From the NCBI GenBank assembly GCA_903916195.1, contig CAIWVP010000111.1, positions 2,530 through 66,529 of the forward strand: a stretch of DNA of 64,000 nt, given 5' to 3'. Origin of the DNA: an uncultured Verrucomicrobiota bacterium. Its GTDB lineage: Bacteria > Verrucomicrobiota > Verrucomicrobiia > Limisphaerales > UBA9464. This document shows positions 8,877 to 17,863 of the stretch, piece by piece. Each line of letters begins with the position of its first letter. Position 1 is the first letter of the stretch. The notes under the pieces are model-generated. The model did not search any database. It was not told the origin of the DNA and saw only the letters and a program-made list of their open reading frames with translations. Both the position numbers and the translations under genes were made by a program.

Positions 8877-10415
8877 ATGAGCCTGCTCTCCGATTTTCCG
8901 GGCTCTTTGGTCGAGCACGCGGGACACATCGTCAGGGTCCGCAGTTTGTCGAGTCGGCAGAACCGGGAGGTGTATCTGGTTGAAGACTCGCAAGCCCGGA
9001 TGAGGGTCTTCAAGATCCGACGAAACTTGGAGCCTGGAACCATCGCGGCCTTTCTGGATGTTCGGACGCGTATCTCGAAAGGCCCGCCCAACCTGCACTT
9101 GTGCCCGATTTTGGGCTTTGGAAACGATGTTTCGACGGTGTGGGAAGAACTTCAACCCGCAGACGACGCTGAAAATGCGGCTGCCGCCTTCGATGAGTAT
9201 TCCCCGCTGCATCCTCAGCGATGCAATTCCTTGTCAAAGGACCTGTCGTTGGAGTTAGCCGTTGAAGTGGGGTCTGCGGTCTGCGGTGCACTCGTGGAAC
9301 TTGCTGGCTTGGGGCTGACTCACGGCGACGTCAAACGTACGAATGTCCTCCGAGTCAACGGTCGGTGGGTGCTTGGGGATTTCGACACCGTCAGTTCCAG
9401 CTCGGTTGAGAGTCCTCCAACCGCATCCACCGAGGGATACGTACCGCCCGGCGGCGATGACGGTCGCGGACGCGACTGCTACGCCCTCGGCAAGTTGATG
9501 TATGAACTATGGACCGGATGCGATCGGATGGAATATCCAACGATTCCATCCTGGCTGATGAAGTCTCGCTGGAGCCGGGCGGATCGCCTTTTGAACGACA
9601 AGATTTGTCGCCTTTGCTCTCCGTTGGCGACCCAGCGTCTTCGCAGTTTGGAGTCGATCGGCAGAGTCCTGGATGCACTCAAAAACCGAAACAAGGGTGT
9701 CCTGCATCAAGCGGAAAAATTGGTCGGAAGCAGGCGGCCGTGGTGGGTGGTCCCGCTGGCCGTTGCTGGCATGGTGGGGATTACATCCGTTGCTTGGTTG
9801 TATGCCACCGCCACGCGGAAAGAAATGTGGGACGGCCAGCCGGTTGTTTTCTCTCCTTATCGACCCATCAATAGGGTCAACCACGGGTACGGCCGCTGGG
9901 CCGGCAATGGTATCCGTAACGTGTGGATGTTGTTCAACACGCATGCGACGCTTTCCCAACCTCTTCAGCAGGATGAGGTGCTGGAATTCTCATTGAAAAA
10001 GGAGGTTTGGAGGGGGCACATTGGTCTATATCTCACCACAACCCCGTTTTATAAGATACGCGACAAGTGGTTTAGTCACCGTGAGAACTTCGGCGAGATC
10101 GATCACCTGCTGTTTTTCCATGTGGATGGCGATTCGTTGGTGGCACCGACGATCTTTAAGGATGGCAAGGCTGTTGAGTTTCCTTCTTCCAATTGGAGGG
10201 TCGCGTTGACCACCAACACCCTGGCAACCTACACGATCCGACTCAAGGTCATGCCGACTGCGTATGAATGGACCGTATCGGCGGGTGGTGATCCTCTCGC
10301 GGAGGGACACTATCTCAGAGATCCGAACAAACCCGAGTACCTGAACGTGTACGTGTTCGACAACACGGTTTGCTATCTCAGCGACTTGAAGGTGGTCAAG
10401 CAACCCTCTAACTAG
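8877..10415 (+). CDS. Membrane-spanning Hanks-type Ser/Thr protein kinase-like protein with extracytoplasmic beta-rich domain
   Basis: Catalytic loop HGDVKRTNV is at 9321-9344. It also has a DFD in place of DFG (LGDFD), an APE-like GYVPPG and subdomain IX DCYALGKLMYELWTG. I see no glycine-rich loop. One TM helix is WWVVPLAVAGMVGITSVAWLYA, followed by about 190 C-terminal aa. The ATG lies 1 nt after the sigma stop. Confidence 0.8.
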   Translation: MSLLSDFPGSLVEHAGHIVRVRSLSSRQNREVYLVEDSQARMRVFKIRRNLEPGTIAAFLDVRTRISKGPPNLHLCPILGFGNDVSTVWEELQPADDAENAAAAFDEYSPLHPQRCNSLSKDLSLELAVEVGSAVCGALVELAGLGLTHGDVKRTNVLRVNGRWVLGDFDTVSSSSVESPPTASTEGYVPPGGDDGRGRDCYALGKLMYELWTGCDRMEYPTIPSWLMKSRWSRADRLLNDKICRLCSPLATQRLRSLESIGRVLDALKNRNKGVLHQAEKLVGSRRPWWVVPLAVAGMVGITSVAWLYATATRKEMWDGQPVVFSPYRPINRVNHGYGRWAGNGIRNVWMLFNTHATLSQPLQQDEVLEFSLKKEVWRGHIGLYLTTTPFYKIRDKWFSHRENFGEIDHLLFFHVDGDSLVAPTIFKDGKAVEFPSSNWRVALTTNTLATYTIRLKVMPTAYEWTVSAGGDPLAEGHYLRDPNKPEYLNVYVFDNTVCYLSDLKVVKQPSN

Positions 10416-10420
10416 TCAGG

Positions 10421-10451
10421 GTGATGATGGCGGTTTTGAGTCCGTCATCAC
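10421..10451 (+). terminator. Possible stem-loop at the right edge of the low-GC island
   Basis: gtgatgatgg / ccgtcatcac forms a 10-bp stem with 1 mismatch and an 11-nt loop, 6 nt after the kinase stop. No U-tract follows, so it is weak as an intrinsic terminator. Confidence 0.25.
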
Positions 10452-10616
10452 GGCAACGGAATCGGTGGATGGCGGAGACGCGGGATAGGGCACCGGACGG
10501 ATGACAGCGACCTGAGGCCACCCTCGTGCCTGCCTACTGATCCCTACTCGCGAGCGCCGCAAAACGACTCCTGGTGTATCGTCTCCTGGGACGATGGCCG
10601 GACCCGCGGGCCGTGG

Positions 10617-11531
10617 TCACGGGTGGTCGCCGCGGTACTTCAACTCGCCGGCTTCGATCGGGAACGGGAGCCAGTTCTGCCTCGGCGGGACCGGGCAGGT
10701 CGCGAAACCAGTGAAGGCGCAGGGCGGATTGTAGGCGTGGTTGAAATCGATGACGACGCGGCTGTCCGCGCCCGGCAGGGCGACGTGGAGGAAGCGACCG
10801 GCGCCGTAGGTCGTCTCGCCCGCGGTCGCGTCGCGGAAGAGGATGAAGAGGTCGTGAGTCTCCTCGTCGGAGAGCGCTTCGAGGCGATGTTCCTGTCCGC
10901 CGAGCGTGAACACCACCGAACCGGGCGAACGCTCTTGGTTCACCGCGCCGGTGACGTCGTCGATGGCGAGGGTGCGCCCTGGGGCGGAGGCCTCGAAGCG
11001 GCCTTCGATGCGCCAGCGCGGGTCGTGGTCGTAGTAGTCCAATCCGCGGAAGTTCAGCCGGGTCGGCGCCTTCGGATCGCGCACGCGGAGCCCGAGACGT
11101 TCGCCGCGCTGGATCACGGTGATGCTCAGGTCGTCGATGCGGAGGACCGAGGGCTCCGCGTTGCCCGCATCGGACCGGAGCGCGGCCTCCGAGACCTCGG
11201 CGCCGTCGATGGTGGCGACGACGCCGCGGGCCGCCTTGAACCGGGCGAGCATGCCGGTCCGCGTGACGATGCCCGCGACGGGCGGAGCGCTGCCCGGCGG
11301 GAGCGCGATGGGGCTGGCGTCGGCGGTGCCGATGGTGTTCGGGCCTTCGCGCAGCCAATGTAGGCCTGCGAGCGTGGTCCAACCGTTCGTGCCCGCGACG
11401 GAGACGAGCCGGTTGCTCCGCCAAGCGATCCAAGGCGCCGGGCCGATGGGAGCGGGATCGGGCTTGTGCGCGCAGCCGACGACGGCAGCGACCACGGCCA
11501 GGATCAACAAGAGGAAGGGAGCGTTTCGCAT
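10617..11531 (-). CDS. DUF1684 domain-containing lipoprotein
   Basis: Lipobox LLILAVVAAVVGC. The C-terminus DFNHAYNPPCAFTGFATCPVPPRQNWLPFPIEAGELKY is characteristic of DUF1684. Only the 3' 915 nt of the 680-aa track ORF are used. Confidence 0.8.
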   Translation of the reverse strand: MRNAPFLLLILAVVAAVVGCAHKPDPAPIGPAPWIAWRSNRLVSVAGTNGWTTLAGLHWLREGPNTIGTADASPIALPPGSAPPVAGIVTRTGMLARFKAARGVVATIDGAEVSEAALRSDAGNAEPSVLRIDDLSITVIQRGERLGLRVRDPKAPTRLNFRGLDYYDHDPRWRIEGRFEASAPGRTLAIDDVTGAVNQERSPGSVVFTLGGQEHRLEALSDEETHDLFILFRDATAGETTYGAGRFLHVALPGADSRVVIDFNHAYNPPCAFTGFATCPVPPRQNWLPFPIEAGELKYRGDHP

Positions 11532-11671
11532 CGGAGACTTGGATCCACGCCGGGCGACGGAGGACAAGCCCGGCCCGGCGGACGAAACAAAGCCCGCCGA
11601 AGGCCGAGGAGCAAGCGGTCGGTTTGAAAACGGCGGAGTCACGAGCGCGAGCGGCGTGCGACGACCGACGT

Positions 11672-13090
11672 TCACAGCCGTCCCGGTCCACGCGCCCGGG
11701 TGGGCGGGGTGCCGGTGAGCGAATCGCCGAGATCGGCGCGCATCGACTCGGCGAACTTCATCAAACGGGCGACGATGTCCGGATGTGCGGCCGCCACGTC
11801 GGTCTGTTCGCCGATGTCCGAGGCGTGGTCGAAGAGCTGGGGGCGTTCCAGCTTCACCTGATGATACCGCACCGGGATTCCGCCCGTCGCCTTCGGCTGG
11901 TTGCCGAGCGTCCGGTAACCGTGCGAGAGCATCAGTTTCCATCGGCCGTCGGTCACTCCCTGCAGCTCGTTGTTGGCGTAGTACCAAGCGTAGTTCCGCG
12001 GTTTGGAGCGGGCCTTGGACGACTTGCCGGAGATGTCGCGCCAGACGTCGGTGCCGTCGATCTTGACGGCGGGAAGTTGGGCGCCGATGCGGGCGGCGAT
12101 GGTGGGGAAGAGATCGAGGGTCATCATCATCGAGGCGCAATCCGAGCCGGCGTGGATCTTGCCGGGCCAGCGCATGAGGCAGGGCACGCGGGTGCCGCCT
12201 TCCCAGCTGGTGCCTTTGCCCTCGCGCAGCGGACCCGCGCTGCCGGCGTGGTCGCCGTAGCTGAGCCACGGGCCGTTGTCGCTGGTGAAGACCACCCAGG
12301 TGTCCTGGTCGATGCCGGTGCGCCGGAGCGCGTCGAGCACCTGGCCGACCGACCAATCGATCTCCTGCACCACGTCGCCGTAGAGGCCGGCACCGGACCG
12401 GCCGGCGAACTTGGAGCTCACGTGGAGCGGGACGTGCGGCATGTTGTGCGCGAGATAGAAGAAGAACGGGCGGTCCTTGTTCCGCTCGATGAAGGAGACG
12501 GCCCGCTCGGTGTAGCGGGTGGTCAACTGCTCCTGGTCGGCGTGGGTCATCGCCGGTCCCACGATGCGGTCGCCGTCGAACATCGGCAGGTCGGGATACC
12601 CTTTCGGCGATTCCGGATGGAGCGGCCACATGTCGTTGGAGTAGGGCAGGCCGAGCCATTCGTCGAAGCCCTGGGCGGTGGGCAGCCAGCGCTTCGCGTC
12701 ACCGAGATGCCATTTGCCGGCCATGCCGGTGGCGTAGCCCTTCTGCTTCACCAGTTCCGCGAGCGTGGTCTCCGAGGGGTCGAGACCGGTCTTGGATCCG
12801 GGACCGAGCGCGCCGTGGATGCCGACGCGGCTGTGGTAGCAACCGGTGAGCAACGCCGCGCGCGAGGCGGAGCAGACGGCGGAGGAGACGTGGAAGTTGG
12901 TGAAGCGCCGGCCTTCGCGGGCCATGCGGTCGAGGTTCGGCGTGGCGACCTTCGCGCCGAAGGGTCCGATGTCCGCGTAGCCCATGTCGTCGACGAAGAT
13001 GATGATCACGTTCGGCGGTCGGGCCGCGGCGCTCCAAGGAGCGACGAGCGCGACGACCAACAGCGACAAGGCGAGCAGCAGGTTCTTCAT
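11672..13090 (-). CDS. Arylsulfatase A family sulfatase (formylglycine-dependent)
   Basis: Signal peptide MKNLLLALSLLVVALVA. Motifs are FVDDMGYADIG and the CSASRAALLTG formylglycine motif (C-x-A/P-x-R). Confidence 0.9.
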   Translation of the reverse strand: MKNLLLALSLLVVALVAPWSAAARPPNVIIIFVDDMGYADIGPFGAKVATPNLDRMAREGRRFTNFHVSSAVCSASRAALLTGCYHSRVGIHGALGPGSKTGLDPSETTLAELVKQKGYATGMAGKWHLGDAKRWLPTAQGFDEWLGLPYSNDMWPLHPESPKGYPDLPMFDGDRIVGPAMTHADQEQLTTRYTERAVSFIERNKDRPFFFYLAHNMPHVPLHVSSKFAGRSGAGLYGDVVQEIDWSVGQVLDALRRTGIDQDTWVVFTSDNGPWLSYGDHAGSAGPLREGKGTSWEGGTRVPCLMRWPGKIHAGSDCASMMMTLDLFPTIAARIGAQLPAVKIDGTDVWRDISGKSSKARSKPRNYAWYYANNELQGVTDGRWKLMLSHGYRTLGNQPKATGGIPVRYHQVKLERPQLFDHASDIGEQTDVAAAHPDIVARLMKFAESMRADLGDSLTGTPPTRARGPGRL

Positions 13091-13103
13091 CGGAAGGGGA
13101 TGG

Positions 13104-14567
13104 TCAGCGGGCGGGAGTCTGGCGGAAGGCGGGGAGATGGCCGGCGGTGCGGACGAGCAACGTGTCGCCGAGCGGCGCGGGGCTCGCTTGGGCGACCTCG
13201 CCGAGGTCGTTCCGGGCGAGCACCTCGAAGGTGTCGCCGGCCTTGACCACGGTGACCACGCCGCGCTGCGAGGTGACGTAGATGCGTCCGTCGGCGGCGA
13301 CGAGGCTCGCGTAGTGATCACCGACGGCGCCGAGACGTTCTTCCTGGTAGACGGGTTTGCCCGTCAGCGGATCGAGGCAGGTCAGCATGCCGCCGTTCTT
13401 CACCATGTAGAACCGGCCGCGATAATAGAGCGGCGAGCCGACGTACGGCAGGCCCTTCTTGAAGCGCCAGAGGACGCCGGCGTCGGAAAGCTCGCCCTTG
13501 GCATCCGGCTTCACCGCGAAGGCCTGGTTCTCCACGCGGGCGAAGATGTCCGCCATCGATTCCCATTCGGTCCGTTCGATGAAGCCGCTGCGGTTGCCGT
13601 CCATGTGCTTGAAGCGTTGCTTCATCGGACCGGGCGGGAGCTCGTCGTAGCTGAACTTGCCGTCCTTGTCCGCGTCGTGCGCGGCGAGGAATTCGTCGAA
13701 GGGCGGCATGGTGATGTGTTCGGCGGTGTGGTCCCCGCCGGTCGTCCAGCTGGCGGTGAAGAGCATGCCGTCGCCCACCACGGGCGAGGTGCAGGTGATG
13801 CGGGCCAACCCGCTCACGCGCCAACGCTCGGATCCGGTGCGCGGATCGAGCCCCTTGAGCCAGACCGTCCCGGGCACGACCAGGTCGGAGGCGCCGTCGT
13901 GGTCCCAGACGATCGGCGTGCCGAAACCGCGGCGCATCTCCGGCCGCTCGACCCGCCAGGCGACGGCGCCGGTGCGGCGGTCGAGCGCGACGAGGTGCGA
14001 GCCGCCGTCCTGGTCGATGAGCTGGATCACGTTGCCACCGGCCAGCACGGGCGAGGAGCTCGCGCCGTATTCGGTCTGCGTCAGCGCCATCGGCCGTCGC
14101 CAGAGTTCTTTTCCATCGATGTCGTAGGCCAGGACGCCGACCGACCCGAAGTGGACGTAGACCCGTTCTCCGTCGGTGACCGGGGTGGCGGAGGCGGGGT
14201 TGCCGAGGGATTGGTGGACCTCCTCGACCTTCTGCGGGACGACCTCGCGACGCCAGATCTCGCGGCCGGTACCGCGGTCGATCGCGAGCGTGAGCAGTTT
14301 TCCTTCGGCGAAGGCGGTGAGGAAGATGCGTGTGCCCCGGACGATGGGAGAGGAGTTGCCGGCGGGAACTTCGATGCGCCACGCGACATTCGTGGAGGGA
14401 CCGAAGACCACGGGCGGCCGGGCATCGGTCGCTCCGAGACCGAGGCCGCCCGGACCACGGAACTGCGGCCAATCGCCGTTGCCATCGCCGGCCACCGCGA
14501 GCGGGAGCGACGTGAGCGCCAAGCCGGCGAGGAAGATCGCGACGGCGCGGGGAAGGCGGGGGTTCAC
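13104..14567 (-). CDS. PQQ-like beta-propeller repeat protein with two inserted EF-hand calcium-binding loops
   Basis: The WPQFRGPGG start is typical of PQQ-like propeller proteins. EF-hand loops are DADKDGKFSYDEL and MDGNRSGFIERTEW. The start is uncertain: I chose the GTG at 14567 because the upstream ATG lies inside repeat copy B. Confidence 0.7.
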   Translation of the reverse strand: MNPRLPRAVAIFLAGLALTSLPLAVAGDGNGDWPQFRGPGGLGLGATDARPPVVFGPSTNVAWRIEVPAGNSSPIVRGTRIFLTAFAEGKLLTLAIDRGTGREIWRREVVPQKVEEVHQSLGNPASATPVTDGERVYVHFGSVGVLAYDIDGKELWRRPMALTQTEYGASSSPVLAGGNVIQLIDQDGGSHLVALDRRTGAVAWRVERPEMRRGFGTPIVWDHDGASDLVVPGTVWLKGLDPRTGSERWRVSGLARITCTSPVVGDGMLFTASWTTGGDHTAEHITMPPFDEFLAAHDADKDGKFSYDELPPGPMKQRFKHMDGNRSGFIERTEWESMADIFARVENQAFAVKPDAKGELSDAGVLWRFKKGLPYVGSPLYYRGRFYMVKNGGMLTCLDPLTGKPVYQEERLGAVGDHYASLVAADGRIYVTSQRGVVTVVKAGDTFEVLARNDLGEVAQASPAPLGDTLLVRTAGHLPAFRQTPAR

Positions 14568-14640
14568 TGCGTGATGAAGGCATCGCCCGCGGCCCGCGGC
14601 AAGCGGCCAGGCCGGCCCGTGCGATCGGGAGGGGCGGGCA

Positions 14641-14778
14641 CTCGTAGCGCAGGTTTGCAACCTGCTGTATCGCCGAGTTGAACTCGGCAGGGCGTCGGCA
14701 AGGCCCGACCGCTGACCTGCCGCGACGCCTGCGGATTCCAGATCCGCGATACGGCAGAGTTCAACTCTGCGCTACCTC
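14641..14778. repeat. 138-bp nested-palindrome repeat, copy B (inverted relative to copy A)
   Basis: Its reverse complement aligns colinearly with 5196-5333. Base changes in the stems of hairpins 1 and 2 are compensatory. Confidence 0.8.
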
Positions 14779-14906
14779 ATCTGCCGTGTCCGCCTCTTCC
14801 GATCACATCCGCGCCCAGGCCGGCCCGTGCGATGGGGAGCGGCGGCACGGGGGGCGGCGGACGCTCCGCGCTTCTCGGCGGGGCCCGGATCCGGCAGCTT
14901 CGGCGC

Positions 14907-16046
14907 ATGAAGCCGTTCCTCCTCGTTCCCCTTCTGCTCGTGTCGGTCGCGATGCCGTCGATCCACGCGGCGGAGGCTCCGGGCTACACCGTGCCTGTGG
15001 TCGATCTCGCGGCGGAGACCGGACGTCAGGGGGTCGTCGACCGTGAGCCGGGACGATACCTCGGGCATCCCACGACGGTGCTGCTCGAGGACGGCAAGAC
15101 CCTTCTCTGCGTCTATCCGCGCGGTCACGGCAAGGGCGCGATCCAGCTCAAGCGCAGCACGGACGCCGGCCTGACCTGGAGCCCGCGGTTGCCCGTGCCG
15201 GAGAACTGGGCCACCTCGCTTGAGACGCCGACGATCCATCGGGTGGTGGACGCCACCGGCAAGAAGCGGCTCATCGTGTGGTCCGGGATGTATCCGGCGA
15301 GGCTGGCGATCTCGGAGGACGACGGCGCGACCTGGTCGCCGCTGAAGCCCGCCGGGGATTGGGGCGGGATCGTTGTGATGGGCAGCGTCGAAGCGGTGCG
15401 CGGCAAGCCGGGGTCCTATCTCGCGTGGTTCCACGACGACGGCCGGTACATCGCTGCCGATGCGAAGCCGGAGAAGCCGGTCGTGTTCCGGCTCTATCAG
15501 GTCGGATCGACCGACGGTGGGCTGACCTGGGGCCGGCCGCGCGAGCTGTTCGCGTCGGCGGACGTCCATCTCTGCGAGCCCGGTGTCGTCCGTTCGCCCG
15601 ATGGCCGGCAGATCGCCCTGTTGTTGCGGGAGAATTCCCGGCGGAAGAATTCCCACGTCATCTTCTCCGACGACGAGGGCGCGACCTGGACCGCTCCGCG
15701 CGAACTGCCCGGCGCGCTCACCGGCGACCGCCACGTCGCGAAGTATTCGCCGGACGGCCGCCTGTTCATCTCGTTCCGCGACACCACGCGGGTCTCGAAG
15801 ACGCAGGGCGACTGGGTCGGCTGGGTCGGGCGGTACGAGGACATCGTCGCCGGCCGCGAAGGCGCCTATCGCGTGCGCCTGATGGACAACCATCACGCGT
15901 GGGATTGCGCGTATCCCGGAGTGGAGCTGCTGCGCGACGGCACCTTCGTGACGACGACCTACGGGCATTGGACGGAAGGCGAGCCGCCCTATGTGGTGAG
16001 CGTCCGGTTCCGGTTGTCCGAGCTGGATGCGAAGCTCGGCAAGTGA
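14907..16046 (+). CDS. BNR/Asp-box repeat glycosidase (exo-alpha-sialidase-like)
   Basis: Signal peptide MKPFLLVPLLLVSVAMPSIHA. Four Asp-boxes are present: STDAGLTW, SEDDGATW, STDGGLTW and SDDEGATW. Confidence 0.75.
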   Translation: MKPFLLVPLLLVSVAMPSIHAAEAPGYTVPVVDLAAETGRQGVVDREPGRYLGHPTTVLLEDGKTLLCVYPRGHGKGAIQLKRSTDAGLTWSPRLPVPENWATSLETPTIHRVVDATGKKRLIVWSGMYPARLAISEDDGATWSPLKPAGDWGGIVVMGSVEAVRGKPGSYLAWFHDDGRYIAADAKPEKPVVFRLYQVGSTDGGLTWGRPRELFASADVHLCEPGVVRSPDGRQIALLLRENSRRKNSHVIFSDDEGATWTAPRELPGALTGDRHVAKYSPDGRLFISFRDTTRVSKTQGDWVGWVGRYEDIVAGREGAYRVRLMDNHHAWDCAYPGVELLRDGTFVTTTYGHWTEGEPPYVVSVRFRLSELDAKLGK

Positions 16047-16088
16047 TCGAGGCTTCCCGTCCGCGGCCTCCGGCGACATCCTTCGGCG

Positions 16089-17858
16089 ATGAATCTCCCT
16101 AGCCTCGCCCGGTCGTCCGCCTTGCTATGCTTGGCGATCGCATCCGCTGTGGCGCCGGCCGCATTGGCGGAAGGCACCATCCGACCGTCCTCCGAAGGGC
16201 GGATCGGTTTCATCGCCGGATCGGCGACCAACGCGGAGACCTGGGGATTCAAGCCGTCGCGTTGGGGTCGGTACGACCTCGAGGCGGCGGTCTCCGGCGC
16301 GGCGAAAGGCGCGGAACTCGTCATCGAGATCGCGGGGCAGACCTTCGGCGTGGTGTTGCCGGAAGGGTCCGAAAAGCGCCACACCACGGTCGTCCCGGTC
16401 TCCCGGTTCTACCTGCCGAAATCCGACCCGTGCCAAGTGAAGGCCGGACCGAAGGCCGGTTCGGCCGGGGAGTTCACGTTGCACGGCATCAATCTCGTGC
16501 CCGCGCCGGAAGGCGATCCGGTCGTTCAGCAGGCGTCGGGTGAGATCCTGCTGCGCTCGGGTGAGGCGACGACCCACAGCGTGATGATGCGCTACGAGCC
16601 GGCGACCAACAAAAACTGCCTCGGCTACTGGGTGACGCCGTCCGATTGGGCGCATTGGGACTTCACGGTCACGAAACCGGGCACCTTCGACGTCGAGGTC
16701 TGGCAGGGTTGCGGCAACGGCAACGGCGGCAGCGACGTCGTCGTCGAGGTCGGCGGTGAGAAGCTGCCGTTCGTCGTCGAGGAGACCGGGCATTTCCAGA
16801 ACTTCGTCCCGCGCCGCATCGGCCGGGTGACGTTGGCGGCCGCCGGCAAGCAGACCTTGGCCATCAAGCCGCAGCGCAAGCAGGCCGCGGCGGTGATGGA
16901 TATCCGCAAGGTACGGCTCGTCCCCGCGACGACCGCGGCGGTGCCGGCTCCGGCGGCGCGCGCGTTCGTGGCGGCGAAACGCGTGGTGTTCCTCGGCGAC
17001 AGCATCACCTACGCGGGCGAATGGGTGGAGTTCGTCGAGACCTGGCTGCGGCTGAAGTTCCCCGAAGCCGATGTGGAGATCATCGACCTCGGCCTGCCGA
17101 GCGAGACCGTCTCGGGCTTGTCCGAGCCCGGCCATGCGGGCGGATCGTTCCCGCGGCCCGGCGTGCACGAGCGTCTCGGCCGCGTGCTGGAGAAGGCGAA
17201 GCCCGACCTCTTGGTGGTCTGCTACGGCATGAACGACGGCATCTACTATCCGTATGGCGACGACCGGGCGAAGGCGTTCCAGGACGGCATCCGCAAGCTC
17301 CGGGAGACCGCTGCCCATCAGGGCGTGCGCGTGGTCCATGTCACGCCGCCTTCGTTCGACCCGGTGCCGTTGGGCAAGAACACCCTGCCCGCGGGCCGCG
17401 ACGCGTATCCGCAGCCGTTCGAAGGCTACAACGGCGTGCTCGGCCGCTACGCCGAGTGGCTGCTCGCGCAGCGGAAGAGCGGCTGGGAAGTCGTGGACGC
17501 GCACGGGCCGATGGACCGCTTCCTGGAGGAGCGCCGCCGCACCGAGCCGAAGTTCCTGCTCGCCGGCGACGGCGTCCACGCCAACACCCAGGGCCATTGG
17601 CTCATCGCCCGTGAATTCTTGCGCCACCTCGGTGCGGACGAGGGGATCGTCGCCGCGGATTCGCCCGCCGGGCTGCTCCAGTCGGATTCGCGCGCCGCGC
17701 AGGTCCTGAAGCTCGTGCAGCAGCGTCAGCGCACCCAAAAGGACACGTGGCTCACGCACGTCGGGCACGTCCGCCCCGGCATGGGCAAGGGCAAGACGAT
17801 GGACGAGGCCGCCCGTGACGCTGCGGAGGTCGCGGCGAAGCTGCGCGCCTCGCGGTAG
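16089..17858 (+). CDS. SGNH/GDSL hydrolase with two N-terminal carbohydrate-binding-like beta-sandwich domains
   Basis: It has a signal peptide. SGNH blocks are VVFLGDSITYAG, CYGMNDG and GDGVHAN. The N-terminal half is beta-rich and ends in MDIRKVRLVP. Confidence 0.75.
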   Translation: MNLPSLARSSALLCLAIASAVAPAALAEGTIRPSSEGRIGFIAGSATNAETWGFKPSRWGRYDLEAAVSGAAKGAELVIEIAGQTFGVVLPEGSEKRHTTVVPVSRFYLPKSDPCQVKAGPKAGSAGEFTLHGINLVPAPEGDPVVQQASGEILLRSGEATTHSVMMRYEPATNKNCLGYWVTPSDWAHWDFTVTKPGTFDVEVWQGCGNGNGGSDVVVEVGGEKLPFVVEETGHFQNFVPRRIGRVTLAAAGKQTLAIKPQRKQAAAVMDIRKVRLVPATTAAVPAPAARAFVAAKRVVFLGDSITYAGEWVEFVETWLRLKFPEADVEIIDLGLPSETVSGLSEPGHAGGSFPRPGVHERLGRVLEKAKPDLLVVCYGMNDGIYYPYGDDRAKAFQDGIRKLRETAAHQGVRVVHVTPPSFDPVPLGKNTLPAGRDAYPQPFEGYNGVLGRYAEWLLAQRKSGWEVVDAHGPMDRFLEERRRTEPKFLLAGDGVHANTQGHWLIAREFLRHLGADEGIVAADSPAGLLQSDSRAAQVLKLVQQRQRTQKDTWLTHVGHVRPGMGKGKTMDEAARDAAEVAAKLRASR

Positions 17859-17863
17859 CTGTC

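Noticed and set aside
5560-10420. Prophage, integrative element or known anti-phage defence system as the explanation for the low-GC island
   Set aside because: There are no integrase, recombinase, phage structural, nuclease, helicase, methyltransferase or toxin-antitoxin-like genes. I found no flanking direct repeats or tRNA. Only horizontal origin is supported, not a mechanism or a defence role.
10617-12659. 680-aa ORF that would fuse the sulfatase region to the DUF1684 protein
   Set aside because: Only the last 304 codons (from the ATG at 11531, with a lipoprotein signal) look like protein. The upstream part overlaps the sulfatase CDS in another frame and is Arg/Pro-rich noise.
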